Positions 46,339 to 56,172 of a stretch of 64,000 nucleotides of DNA are shown here, piece after piece. Position 1 is the first letter of the stretch. Every line of letters starts with the position of its first letter. This stretch comes from a virus: positions 1-64,000 of the IMG/VR virus record IMGVR_UViG_3300032323_001119; one strand, given 5' to 3'. Under the pieces are notes generated by a model. It saw only the letters and a list, made by a program, of their open reading frames with translations, made no database searches and was not told the origin of the DNA. The position numbers and the translations under genes are program-made.

Positions 46339-49172
46339 TTTCTTCCTCCTCGTGAACCTGGTGAATTTGCTCCTGACGAGCCTCCCCCAGAACTTCCTCC
46401 GCCTGTACCTGTGCCACCCCCTGTGGCTCCTCCTGCAGCGACTGCTGCTGCGTTAATCGCTGCACCTGCTGCTACAACTGTAGCAACTACCATATCTGTT
46501 GCTTCTTCTCTTTCTTCATCTGACATATCAGCGCCAATACTTCCAAATGCTGCTAATGCTGCTGCTGGATTAGTAAATAATTCTTCTACCAGTGCTCCTG
46601 GGTTCTGTAGTAATTCTACTTGAGCAGCGACTTCTGCAGTAATCACAACTGCATTTCCATTTTCATCAGTACGAATATCTACTGGTGTTGATGGTGGCAA
46701 ATCAGAATATGATACACCTGCTGCTTTTATATCTGCAGATGAAACGGCTTCTCCAGGTTTAATTTCTTCAAGCAGTTTATTTACAACTACTTCTTTTTGT
46801 TTTTCAGTTAACTTACCTTCTTCTGCCGCTTTCTTTAATTCCTCTGCTTCCTTTTTTGCTGCTTCTAATTCTGCAGCTTTTGCTTCAGCTTCAGCTTTTG
46901 CATCTGCGGCTTCTTGTGCTTTAGCTTCCGCCTCTGCCTTAGCATCTGCTTCTTCTTGAGCCTTTGCTTCTGCTTCAGCCTTAGCATCTGCCTCTGCCTG
47001 CGCTGCCGCTTCAGCCTCAGCCTCTAATCTATCCGCCTCTGCTTTTGCATCTGCTTCAGCTTGTTCTTTGGCTTCTTGTTCTGCCTGCGCTGCTGCTTCT
47101 TCTGCTGCTATACGATCAGCCTCTGCTTTAGCAGCGGCTTCCTCTGCGGCTACACGGTCTGCCTCAGCCTTAGCTGCCGCTTCTTCTGCGGCTTTAGCTT
47201 CTGCTTCTGCTTTTGCTGCAGCTTCCGCTGCTGTTTTGGCGGCTGCTTCTGCGGCTGCTGCTTGTGCAGCTGCTTGTTGTGCTGCAGCCTCCGCTGCTGC
47301 TGCTTCTTGTGCTGCTTGGGCTGCTGCAGCTGCTGCTGCGGCATTTGCAGCGGCTTGTGCTGCTGCTTGTTGCTCTGCATAATAATTAACTGTAACCTGT
47401 GCTGCATTTGTCATTGCAGTTACTGCTTCATTTACTTTAGTTATTGCTATATTAGCCAATGTATCTGCTGTCTGTACAGCTACTGATAGATTTTGATTTG
47501 CAGTTGCAAGGTTCTGCTGCTCTGTTGATAAGGTTTGATTAGCATTAGTTAAATTTGTTTGAGCAGCTGTTAGGTTTGTTTCTGCTACTACCTTTTCTGC
47601 TGTGACAGTTGTTAATACTGCTGTGCTAGCAGCAAGATCAGTAGTGGCTGATTGTAATGCTGCTACCTGTTGTGGTGTAGCAGATGATGTTGAGAACTCT
47701 GATGCTGGAATTACTTCCCAGGTTGACCCGTTATATCTACGTAATGATACTGCTGCCCCTCCACCATTTTCGTAATACCACATTTCAAGGGTCTTTCCAA
47801 CACCAGCAGTAGTTTCAACATCTGCTGTGGATCCTCCACCACCCTTGTCAAACCAGTCATTGATAACGGTCTGCCCGTCTAGCTTTAAAAGAACTCCGTC
47901 ATCTGCAGGTGCTGTAATATATTGCGTTCCAGTAGTTTGTGGAGTCCAGATACCATCCCATTTAACCTGAAATCCTTCTGTAATTGTTGTAGTTCCTTGC
48001 TTAGTTGCAGACACATTGTCTACTCCATAGTAGTCCCAATTTGCTGGTATATTTATAGATGCAATCTTTTTGCCTTCTGGGGCAGTAATAACTTCTTGAT
48101 GCACATAGCTAGGGTATGTTGAGTTAACATTATCCTGAATATTAAAAGTGCTTGTAGTTCCATCAGTGTATGTAACTACTGCATTATGATCTCCATTTTT
48201 AGCAAAGACTTGGAAGCTTGCAGCAACTGTATTTGCTGGCATGGTAATAAGAGTGTCTGCAGTTGATCCTCTAAGAGTTAGGGATGGATCTTGTCCAGGA
48301 CCAGGAAATCCAATAGACCCAATATATACTTGATTATTATTTGTAGTTGAGACTGGAGTTCCATTTACTGTAATTCCTATCTCAGTGTTTAGTCTATTAT
48401 TAGCAAAGGTTTCGGTTACTGTTGTTGTACCGCCATTTACTGTCGGTCCTCCACTACCCCACTGCTCATTAATTCCATTTGTATCTTTTCCAGTGTAAAC
48501 AACTGTTCCTTCTCCAACTGTGGGAGAAGCTCCATTATCTGCGCTATCAATAACTGTTATATTTAGTCCAAGAGAGGTATTTGCATTTACTACTGCTGTG
48601 GCAGACTCTACAGCTTCTGCCTTTACCTCTACTACTGCCGTCTGAGATTCAACTGCTGCTGTTGCTGTAGCCAATGTAGTAGTTGCTGTGGCGACTGTTG
48701 CTGTAGCTGACTCAACTACTGTTACTGCTGTAGCTACCACTGCTGTCTGTGAATCAACATTAGCCTGTGCTGTTGTGGCAACTGCTACGGCTGTCTCTGC
48801 AGATTGAATAGCAGTATTCGCTTCTGACACCTTTACTGTTGCCTCTGCGACTGCTGTGGCTATAGGCTCTTGAGTTGTAGCAATTTGGGTAGCAGTCTGA
48901 GTATCTGTGTTTGGAACATTGGATTGAATAGTATTTACAATAGCTGTTGCTTGAGTTTCAGCAGCTTGCTGTAGTGTTGTTTCTGCTGTTTCTATTTTAG
49001 CTGCAACTGTCTCAACTGTAATAGGAGTGGTTGCTGTGGCTGTATCTGAAGATGGGTTTGCTGGAGTTACTTGAACGGTAACTTCTTCAGCATGTGCGTT
49101 GCTTGGTCCAAAAAGAAAGAGCCAGCCGATTATAAAAAGGCTGGTTAAAAAATACTGTAACTTTCTAGTCAA
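46332..49172 (-). CDS. Large secreted protein: PA14-like domain on Ala/Thr and Ala/Glu coiled-coil stalks
   Basis: Signal peptide (AHA); ADDGVLL...INDW...YYENGGGA PA14 motifs; AEAEAKAQEEADAK repeats; C-terminal hydrophobic and Gly-rich segment. Confidence 0.75.
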   Translation of the reverse strand: MTRKLQYFLTSLFIIGWLFLFGPSNAHAEEVTVQVTPANPSSDTATATTPITVETVAAKIETAETTLQQAAETQATAIVNTIQSNVPNTDTQTATQIATTQEPIATAVAEATVKVSEANTAIQSAETAVAVATTAQANVDSQTAVVATAVTVVESATATVATATTTLATATAAVESQTAVVEVKAEAVESATAVVNANTSLGLNITVIDSADNGASPTVGEGTVVYTGKDTNGINEQWGSGGPTVNGGTTTVTETFANNRLNTEIGITVNGTPVSTTNNNQVYIGSIGFPGPGQDPSLTLRGSTADTLITMPANTVAASFQVFAKNGDHNAVVTYTDGTTSTFNIQDNVNSTYPSYVHQEVITAPEGKKIASINIPANWDYYGVDNVSATKQGTTTITEGFQVKWDGIWTPQTTGTQYITAPADDGVLLKLDGQTVINDWFDKGGGGSTADVETTAGVGKTLEMWYYENGGGAAVSLRRYNGSTWEVIPASEFSTSSATPQQVAALQSATTDLAASTAVLTTVTAEKVVAETNLTAAQTNLTNANQTLSTEQQNLATANQNLSVAVQTADTLANIAITKVNEAVTAMTNAAQVTVNYYAEQQAAAQAAANAAAAAAAAQAAQEAAAAEAAAQQAAAQAAAAEAAAKTAAEAAAKAEAEAKAAEEAAAKAEADRVAAEEAAAKAEADRIAAEEAAAQAEQEAKEQAEADAKAEADRLEAEAEAAAQAEADAKAEAEAKAQEEADAKAEAEAKAQEAADAKAEAEAKAAELEAAKKEAEELKKAAEEGKLTEKQKEVVVNKLLEEIKPGEAVSSADIKAAGVSYSDLPPSTPVDIRTDENGNAVVITAEVAAQVELLQNPGALVEELFTNPAAALAAFGSIGADMSDEEREEATDMVVATVVAAGAAINAAAVAAGGATGGGTGTGGGSSGGGSSGANSPGSRGGRKW

Positions 49173-49239
49173 CTAGGTATCTCCTAAGTAATGCAATATT
49201 TTTGCTTACTTAGTAATTATAGCAGAATGTTAGTTTAAA

Positions 49240-49866
49240 CTAGTTAGATATGTAAGTTCCATTAACATAAATATTTGTGTTTGTTGTTAGCGTTACTGGT
49301 TTCCCCTGCTTTAAAATTGCTTCCATAACTGGAGAGTTTGATCCAGGAATTTGCTTTATGTAATGAAGATCAAGTGTTTGTGTGTTGGGCAAATGATCAG
49401 CATTGACAATGATATGTCCAGCTAAGTCTGGGTTAGCTGTTTCATCAACAAAAACCCAACCTGGGAAATGATTCATAGTTCCCGATAATGGAGCAAATGG
49501 TAGTTCTAAATTTAACTGTCCTGTTCCAAAACTTGTTACTGTTGAACAGTCTACTGCTATCCAAAATGAAACTAACTGTCCCTGCTTAACATAATAAGAA
49601 TTGTATGTTGGGTGATTTACGCCTGTTCCAGTAAATGTTAGTCCAGTTGCTGTAAAGCTTGGAGTCCATCTAACTGATTGAAAAGAAACATCTGCATCTG
49701 CACCTGGCTCGCCTTGTGGACCTTGTGGACCTTGTGGACCAGGCGTTAATGATACATTCGTTATGGCTTCTGCCAACTCTTTTATTGAGTTTAAATTTGA
49801 TGGGGCAGCAGCAATTTCTAGCTCCTGTGGAGTAACTGCTCTATATGCATAAGTTTCTGGTGACAT
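49240..49866 (-). CDS. Short collagen-repeat virion-like protein
   Basis: GPQGPQGPQGEPG; fibre-tip-like C-domain. Confidence 0.6.
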   Translation of the reverse strand: MSPETYAYRAVTPQELEIAAAPSNLNSIKELAEAITNVSLTPGPQGPQGPQGEPGADADVSFQSVRWTPSFTATGLTFTGTGVNHPTYNSYYVKQGQLVSFWIAVDCSTVTSFGTGQLNLELPFAPLSGTMNHFPGWVFVDETANPDLAGHIIVNADHLPNTQTLDLHYIKQIPGSNSPVMEAILKQGKPVTLTTNTNIYVNGTYISN

Positions 49867-49892
49867 ATATTTATTATACCCTATATGCTTGT

Positions 49893-50516
49893 CTAGTAGC
49901 TAATCATATCAAATATGAAAGCTGCTCGTATGCTTGAATTGTCTATAGAGTGTATCGTGCCCTTTGGCATAAAAAGAATATCATTTTTTTCCATTAAATA
50001 CTCTTTGTGCTCTCTACCTGTAACATCTATAGGGCTACCATATGGGTCATTTTCGTCTGATTCATGAATAACATATCTTGCATTACCTAAAACTTGCGTT
50101 AGTAAAACGTGGTGAGGGTCTCTGTGTGGATCTAGCTGTGGAGTATTTTCTGTCATGTTTACAGCAAGCTTTAAATGGGTATGGAAATCGTCAGAGATGT
50201 TAGACAATTCCTGATGAATAGCAAATACTTGATTGTATTTTATTGGATCTAGTCCATTATTTCTTTCTAGCAAATCCGTGCAATGAAATGTTAGACCGTG
50301 TTTTGCAGCCTGCATTAGGCTTGTAAATTTTTTTTCTTTGTCATTAAATAGCATTGAGGAGTTTTTATAGCTGTCTCTATGTTCATCTGACAACAAAAAA
50401 TTGTAAGATATGCTTAAAGTCTTTATTGCATCTTCCCAATCAAAATTATAATCTAAGCAGGACTTTATAAATACAGGCTTTCCAGTTTTAATTGAATTTT
50501 TAATTTCATCTATCAT
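49893..50516 (-). CDS. JmjC/cupin-4-like oxygenase
   Basis: HRD..HVLLTQVLG...DILFMPKGTIH. Confidence 0.75.
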   Translation of the reverse strand: MIDEIKNSIKTGKPVFIKSCLDYNFDWEDAIKTLSISYNFLLSDEHRDSYKNSSMLFNDKEKKFTSLMQAAKHGLTFHCTDLLERNNGLDPIKYNQVFAIHQELSNISDDFHTHLKLAVNMTENTPQLDPHRDPHHVLLTQVLGNARYVIHESDENDPYGSPIDVTGREHKEYLMEKNDILFMPKGTIHSIDNSSIRAAFIFDMISY

Positions 50517-50520
50517 ATAC

Positions 50521-50709
50521 TTAGCTCCTGTGGTCTGTCTTATAAAATCCGTTACCCTTAAATTGTATTCCAAATGAACTAAAATGTCTAACCATATTTG
50601 ATTCACACTCTTGGCATAAGTAGCCTGGGTCATCTTCTGATATTGATCGTGTTACTGAAAGTAGCGCATGGGCATCGTCTTGGCTACACTTGTATTCATA
50701 TACTGGCAT
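50521..50709 (-). CDS. FmdB-family zinc-ribbon protein
   Basis: MPVYEYKC...CQEC...FKGNGFYKTD. Confidence 0.85.
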   Translation of the reverse strand: MPVYEYKCSQDDAHALLSVTRSISEDDPGYLCQECESNMVRHFSSFGIQFKGNGFYKTDHRS

Positions 50710-50727
50710 CTTAATCCTTTTGTTTAA

Positions 50728-50755
50728 TGAGCAGTTTAAAGAGATGCTCAGCTCT
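50728..50755 (-). ncRNA. H-type pseudoknot motif, copy 4
   Basis: AGAG-C-TGAGCA-T-CTCT-TTAAAC-TGCTCA. Confidence 0.6.
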
Positions 50756-50800
50756 ATTCTGTTAACTTCCTACGCTATTAGCGCCCACCCACTAACAGAA

Positions 50801-51220
50801 TTATTTAATTTTAATTGTTTTAGGCTTCTTTTCTTCTGGAATAATTCTGTCTACATTAACATGAAGCATTCCATCCTCAATAGTTGCCCCAGTAACTTCC
50901 ATGTATTCACCCAAAGCAAATGTTCGAGTAAATTTACGTGCAGCTATACCTTTGTGCAGATATTCGCCGTCTGTTACCTCAGTTATTTCACCCTTGACAA
51001 TAAGTGTACCATTTTCTACTGATACGTCAATATCGTCTTTTGTAAAACCTGCTACTGCTATTGATACCTGAAAGGTATCTTCGTCTAGCTTCAATACGTC
51101 ATACGGAGGGTATGTCTGTCTTGTGGCTGCTTGATGTACTGTAGCCATTCTTTCAAGTTCACGATTAAAGCCAATAAAAAATGGATCTCTAAAAAGATCC
51201 ATAGCAAACTGTGTTACCAT
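50801..51220 (-). CDS. hsp20: Small heat-shock protein Hsp20
   Basis: YPPYD, AVAGF, YLHKGIAARKFTRTF, DGML. Confidence 0.93.
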   Translation of the reverse strand: MVTQFAMDLFRDPFFIGFNRELERMATVHQAATRQTYPPYDVLKLDEDTFQVSIAVAGFTKDDIDVSVENGTLIVKGEITEVTDGEYLHKGIAARKFTRTFALGEYMEVTGATIEDGMLHVNVDRIIPEEKKPKTIKIK

Positions 51221-51275
51221 TTTGTGCTCCTTTTAAGCGAGTTAAATTAGTACCCCCATTTGGCAGGTACTAACC
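51221..51275 (-). promoter_or_regulatory. ROSE-like RNA thermometer in hsp20 5'UTR
   Basis: CUC-G-CU-UAAA-AG-GAG pairs over the SD with a bulged G; upstream TTAGTACC/GGTACTAA hairpin. Confidence 0.5.
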
Positions 51276-51307
51276 TATTATATCATTTGGTTGATTAGAA
51301 CTGCAAG

Positions 51308-51715
51308 CTACTTTTTATTGCTTGATCTTGCTTTTGCAAGCACTGAAAAGTCTTTAACCTTAGTATCTCCTAGGTATCCCCAGGCATAACCTTCGTCTAT
51401 CATTTTCTGGTTTATAGATTTATCTGCACCATCTAAAAAAACCCATCCAAGTATTCGGCCATATTTTTCTGAGGAGTCTATTTTTTCCGTTTTGATTACA
51501 ATAGTTTTTGCGGAATCAATTGCATTTTTTAAATAAGCTTTAGATTCTAGACCTAATGCCTTTTCTGCTTTATTTGTTGTTCTGCTTTCTGGCGTATCTA
51601 TACCAGCAAGCCTAACTCTGGAGCTAAATGAGATATCAAATCCTAAATCTATATCTACATCTATAGTGTCCCCATCAACTACCTTACTAACTTTTTTGAC
51701 GTAATATTCAAACAT
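51308..51715 (-). CDS. SNase-like (thermonuclease) nuclease
   Basis: VVDGDTID, RLAGIDTPE, KYGRIL. Confidence 0.88.
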   Translation of the reverse strand: MFEYYVKKVSKVVDGDTIDVDIDLGFDISFSSRVRLAGIDTPESRTTNKAEKALGLESKAYLKNAIDSAKTIVIKTEKIDSSEKYGRILGWVFLDGADKSINQKMIDEGYAWGYLGDTKVKDFSVLAKARSSNKK

Positions 51716-52758
51716 TATATTCTGTTACCTGACTCTCTTAAAGATTGTGGAGATACCTCTATATATTCAAGTGACGACTGCAACTCTTTTATATTGCCCG
51801 CGCCTGAATATGTAAAAGCACTTTTTGTATTATTAAGTATATTCCATAGTCCTTCAAATGCTGGGCCCCTAGACTCTATTTCTCCAGCAACACCTTCAAA
51901 ATTAAATATAGGATTTTTAATCCCAGACAAACCTTCTTCTTTTGCAGCAAACTCTTTTGATCCAAGACCTATGAGTGAGTACTTGCCATTCTCAGAACTA
52001 CACTCATCGTGTCCTGCCAACATATACCCTAGCATTACAGCACTTGCACCTGCGCCTAAAGCTTTTACTATATCACCAGATGTTTTTATGCCACCATCTG
52101 CAATAATTCCATTGACGCTGTCTTCTTTTACCATTTCGTATATATTCATAATAGATGATAATGTAGGAGCTCCGAATCCAGTCATTATTCTAGTCGTGCA
52201 TGCTGCTCCACCCCCGATACCAACCCTAACCGAGTCACATCCAGCATCCATTAACATCTTATAGGCACCATATGAAGATACGTTGCCACACATTATATGT
52301 GTTGATTTAGGAACAGATTTTCTTAAATGAGATACTGCATCTGCAACCAGCTTCAAGTGCCCATTTGCAACATCAAGAAGTATTATCTTAATATTGTTTT
52401 TAACAATTTTATTTACTGAATCTTGATCGTAAACATCTTTTATTTTTATAGTTACTGCAACTCTACTAGGATTTACCTCTAATGATTTTTGAATTTTTTC
52501 TTCTAGACTGTAAGTCCTAACTGTTGTCCCAATGCACCCAGATGTTACCAGTATGGAAAGCATCTCCTTAGAGGAAATGCTTTCCATAGGTGCTGAAATT
52601 ATAGGGGACTCAAACTCTATAATTGCATCTGGATTATTTGGATTACCTATTTTAGTAGTAAGATCAATATGATGTCTACTTAAAAGAGGGGATGAGTCAT
52701 TTGGAACTAAGAGTATGTCATCAAAACACAATCCGTTTATGGAAGTATTTTTTTTCAC
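51715..52758 (-). CDS. IMP dehydrogenase/GMP reductase family
   Basis: FDDILLVP, DVANGH, VGIGGGAACTT, ADGGIKTSGD. Confidence 0.85.
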   Translation of the reverse strand: MKKNTSINGLCFDDILLVPNDSSPLLSRHHIDLTTKIGNPNNPDAIIEFESPIISAPMESISSKEMLSILVTSGCIGTTVRTYSLEEKIQKSLEVNPSRVAVTIKIKDVYDQDSVNKIVKNNIKIILLDVANGHLKLVADAVSHLRKSVPKSTHIMCGNVSSYGAYKMLMDAGCDSVRVGIGGGAACTTRIMTGFGAPTLSSIMNIYEMVKEDSVNGIIADGGIKTSGDIVKALGAGASAVMLGYMLAGHDECSSENGKYSLIGLGSKEFAAKEEGLSGIKNPIFNFEGVAGEIESRGPAFEGLWNILNNTKSAFTYSGAGNIKELQSSLEYIEVSPQSLRESGNRI

Positions 52759-52762
52759 AGAC

Positions 52763-53365
52763 TTATTTCTTTTTGGCTGTTGGTTTTGCTTCTGTCTTTA
52801 CTGCAGCTTTTTTAACTGCTGGCTTATCTGACTTTGGCTTAACTGCTTGACCGAATGCTGGTCTTCCAAATCCTACAATAAATACTGGCTGCGACTTACG
52901 AAGCTTTGAGCCGTTCTTCTTTTTGTATGCACGATTCTTTAGGCATGCCTCTCCACCATTTCTCTGATCTCCCTTTTTATCTGGGCTGGTGTTTCCTTCT
53001 GCAACATCGACTGTTCCATCTGTATTAACTGCAGTTACAATTCCTACGTGAGAAATTCTGTCGACCCCATCATTTGGAAAATCAAAATAGACAATGTCTC
53101 CGACTGCAGGTGCTGCTGTCTCTACTGGTTGCCATGTTCCTGCTTTAATAAATGCTTGTGCTCCTGCTGGAGTGTAAACTGTATTGGGGACTTTTACGCC
53201 AGCTTCATTGGCGCACCACATAACAAACGATCCACACCAAGGCTGGAAATTAGCTTTTGTAAACTTTCCATACTTTGTTTCATTATCTTTTGGACCCTCT
53301 ATGTATCCAATTTCGCCTAATGCTACTTCTACTAATCTTGCTGCTGATCCTTGTACTGCTGCCAT
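52763..53365 (-). CDS. CHAP-domain endolysin
   Basis: PWCGSFVMW, GDIVYF, SHVGIV, EGNT. Confidence 0.85.
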   Translation of the reverse strand: MAAVQGSAARLVEVALGEIGYIEGPKDNETKYGKFTKANFQPWCGSFVMWCANEAGVKVPNTVYTPAGAQAFIKAGTWQPVETAAPAVGDIVYFDFPNDGVDRISHVGIVTAVNTDGTVDVAEGNTSPDKKGDQRNGGEACLKNRAYKKKNGSKLRKSQPVFIVGFGRPAFGQAVKPKSDKPAVKKAAVKTEAKPTAKKK

Positions 53366-53430
53366 TTTATTTCTCCTTAATTATTGGTTGATTACATTAT
53401 TAGTATACCATTTTTTATTACATAAATGCT

Positions 53431-53506
53431 TGGTGCCCCTGAAAGGAATCGAACCTCCGACACGCAGGGTAGAAACCTGCTGCTCTATCCACTGAGCTAC
53501 AAAGGC
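53431..53506 (-). tRNA. tRNA-Arg(UCU)
   Basis: GCAGG-TTTCTAC-CCTGC; CCA encoded. Confidence 0.85.
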
Positions 53507-53510
53507 TTAG

Positions 53511-53584
53511 TGTGCCAGGTAGGACTTGAACCTACGATTACCGAATTATGAGTTCGGGGCTTTAACCAACTAAGCTACTGGCAC
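53511..53584 (-). tRNA. tRNA-CAU (elongator Met or Ile2)
   Basis: CCGAA-CTCATAA-TTCGG; G1-C72 pair, so not initiator. Confidence 0.85.
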
Positions 53585-53604
53585 CTAAGCTTAATTTTAC
53601 TATA

Positions 53605-53841
53605 TTAATTATCAGTGTCAATAGCGGAAGCCACTATATCCTGAACATATTCAGAAAAATGCTTTCTTATGCTTCCAGCTGGCCTAGATCCGTAAGATTC
53701 CCAAATTCTTTTATACTCTATAACATTGTCATATGTTGTTGGACATAAAACAATATCGTTATATTTTTTTAATGTGGTTGGAAGCGGAACGTGCTTGGTA
53801 CAGCATTTACATTCCTTTGCTCTTGCTTGATATTCACTCAT
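53605..53841 (-). CDS. Hypothetical protein
   Basis: CKCC..H...LCPT. Confidence 0.6.
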   Translation of the reverse strand: MSEYQARAKECKCCTKHVPLPTTLKKYNDIVLCPTTYDNVIEYKRIWESYGSRPAGSIRKHFSEYVQDIVASAIDTDN

Positions 53842-55643
53842 ATTATCTCCATACTTTCTATAGATCTAGCTAAACTTTCTGGCATTCTTGGTGCACGAAT
53901 CATGTTTTGGACATACTCTACTTCACCGTCGTTTCTGTTGGCAAAATCGTTATCGTAACTCATTGATTCGTAATCATGAATCTTTATTTCTTCATCCCTT
54001 TTTATTCTACTTCTGCTTATAGCATTATATATAGCCCCACATACAGCGTCAGCTAAATCTTTAGAGCCTTTTCTTGGGTGATCTACTTTATCTCTCATAA
54101 TTCTTAATTGAAGTAATTCGTCTATAAGCAAGGGTATGTGTGGACCAGATAATCTTTCTTCTAGTACAACCATAGCCATGTCGTCATAATGTTTTTTTGC
54201 AACAGAAAGGATTTCTGTATTAATGCCATATGTTTTTAGTTGCTGCATCATATCGTGAGAATTCCATCTGTCAAATGTACAGACTTTTATGTTGAACCCC
54301 CTAGTTTTTAAAGAAAGGATATAGTCTTTTACTTCTGTAAAGTCTACAGACTTATCTGGTGTTGGCGTCCAAAATCTAACTGCATCAATTTCTACAATAG
54401 GTGCTGGCTGGTTATATGTATCTGTCACCTTTATGTCAACCCATTTATTTACATGTCCCATTGCTACTGCACAATGATCATGCTTTTGAGCTAAGTCTAC
54501 ATGTATAAAGTAATCTTTTCCTTCTTCTGGCTTAAACCATTCCTCAAGCCTTCCAAAATTATCTACTGCTAGGTGAGCTTTATTAAATGCCTTTTCAATT
54601 TTTTCTCTAGACTTAAAAAATGCATCAACTGCATCTGATGGCATGCATGCAAATCTTCCTAGTGCGTCCGCTGGATTTTTATGAAATGCAACAGTAAAAT
54701 CTGTTATTTTTTTGGTAGGATTAACTTCCCACGTTGGTCTTTTTAAAGCAAACACTCTTGGATAAACGTAAGAAACTATATGATCCTCTTCCCATGAAAC
54801 CTCAAACTCATTGCCCTCTGTACCGTCTGGAAGATCTTGGTCTAGCTTTAATATTTCTGTTCTAATTATTGTTTCTTTTTCTGCTATCACAGACTGATAA
54901 AATTTTTGTATAGGGTCATTTTTAAAACGAGGGAAGGAAAGCAGTATCACCTTACCGAAATCTGGAAAACGAGAATCTACAGATGCACGATACATATCGT
55001 ATATGGCATCTGCTGTTTTTGCTTGGTCATGGCCGCTTGTATTCTCTGTTGCAAATCCAGAAATTTCATCAAGGATAACTACAAGAACGTTGTAACCTTC
55101 CCAAGCTTCTCTTTCAGAGTGACCTGAATGAACGGTTATTGATTTATCAAATTTAATCTCTGATGCTTTATCTGTATATTTTCCAGCAAACCATGGAGAC
55201 GACTCAATACGCATCTTAAATCCTTTAAAGAAAACATTGTTTGCCTGCTGTGCGTTAATTGCAATATTAAGTATGTCTATTGCATCTCTTGGTGGCTTAC
55301 CATAATATGCTGCTGGATCTTTTAAGCACAGCAATAAATAAACAATGTATGCTACGGCAATAGTAGAAGAGTAATCTTTGCCAGAACCTTTTCCTAGCTG
55401 AGCAATAACCTCGACACAAGTTTGCCTAAACATCTGCTTTCCAAGATCTTCTCCGTAAAGTTTTATCAAAGTAGATTCTTTATATATCTGAGAACTTCTT
55501 GCAATTAAAGTGTACTGATTTTCAGACAGTGGGGGTAGGCCTAAATAGTCTGGGCTTGTAACAAAAGTTTTAAGGTCTACTGGCCTTTCTTCAAACTCTT
55601 CCCCGTCAAGAATCTCTATAAAATCAGAAAAATCAAACGCCAT
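53838..55643 (-). CDS. terL: Terminase large subunit
   Basis: LGKGSGKD Walker A, VILDE Walker B, HVDLA and KDLADAV nuclease motifs. Confidence 0.88.
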   Translation of the reverse strand: MAFDFSDFIEILDGEEFEERPVDLKTFVTSPDYLGLPPLSENQYTLIARSSQIYKESTLIKLYGEDLGKQMFRQTCVEVIAQLGKGSGKDYSSTIAVAYIVYLLLCLKDPAAYYGKPPRDAIDILNIAINAQQANNVFFKGFKMRIESSPWFAGKYTDKASEIKFDKSITVHSGHSEREAWEGYNVLVVILDEISGFATENTSGHDQAKTADAIYDMYRASVDSRFPDFGKVILLSFPRFKNDPIQKFYQSVIAEKETIIRTEILKLDQDLPDGTEGNEFEVSWEEDHIVSYVYPRVFALKRPTWEVNPTKKITDFTVAFHKNPADALGRFACMPSDAVDAFFKSREKIEKAFNKAHLAVDNFGRLEEWFKPEEGKDYFIHVDLAQKHDHCAVAMGHVNKWVDIKVTDTYNQPAPIVEIDAVRFWTPTPDKSVDFTEVKDYILSLKTRGFNIKVCTFDRWNSHDMMQQLKTYGINTEILSVAKKHYDDMAMVVLEERLSGPHIPLLIDELLQLRIMRDKVDHPRKGSKDLADAVCGAIYNAISRSRIKRDEEIKIHDYESMSYDNDFANRNDGEVEYVQNMIRAPRMPESLARSIESMEII

Positions 55644-56172
55644 GCGACTCTTCAATTATTGTTATAGGCTCTACTATCCCAGTTATTTGAGACAGGCGTT
55701 TTGCCACTTCTATTTTGCAATGACTGCAGCTTGACGTTACTTCTTTTAATATGCCGACAAGCATCTCTTGCTTTCTTTCTGTTTCTAAAATCTGAGAAGC
55801 CATCTCATTGTTTTCTAAAACACCAACAGATTGAAGCATAGCTATTCTTTTATTTTCTATGTCCGCAATCAACTTTAATGTGCCAGACTTTACATTTAAT
55901 TGGCCTTGCGTGTCTGCATCTTCTACAGTCTTCCAGGCCTCTTTAATTAGCATATCGTAATGTTGATCTGCACCCATTAGTGCTTCTTTGGCTCTGTCTC
56001 TAACATTAGTGTCGTTATGGACTACAGACTTCCACTCATCAATATATTCAAGTACTTCTTTGCGAGTAAATCCAGTAAGGGTGGCTATTTGTGTTGCTGA
56101 GCTTCCCTTGAGTAGCTCTGAAACAACCCTATTCATCTTGTCAAAGTGTACTGAAGGCTCTATTTCGGTCAT
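55633..56172 (-). CDS. HTH protein, candidate terminase small subunit
   Basis: SATQIATLTGFTRKEV HTH; immediately upstream of terL. Confidence 0.55.
   Translation of the reverse strand: MTEIEPSVHFDKMNRVVSELLKGSSATQIATLTGFTRKEVLEYIDEWKSVVHNDTNVRDRAKEALMGADQHYDMLIKEAWKTVEDADTQGQLNVKSGTLKLIADIENKRIAMLQSVGVLENNEMASQILETERKQEMLVGILKEVTSSCSHCKIEVAKRLSQITGIVEPITIIEESHGV

Noticed and set aside
53431-53506. Amber suppressor (CUA) reading of loop TTTCTAC / stop-codon reassignment
   Set aside because: The 7-nt loop centres on UCU; long genes are intact under code 11 and TAG is used as a stop
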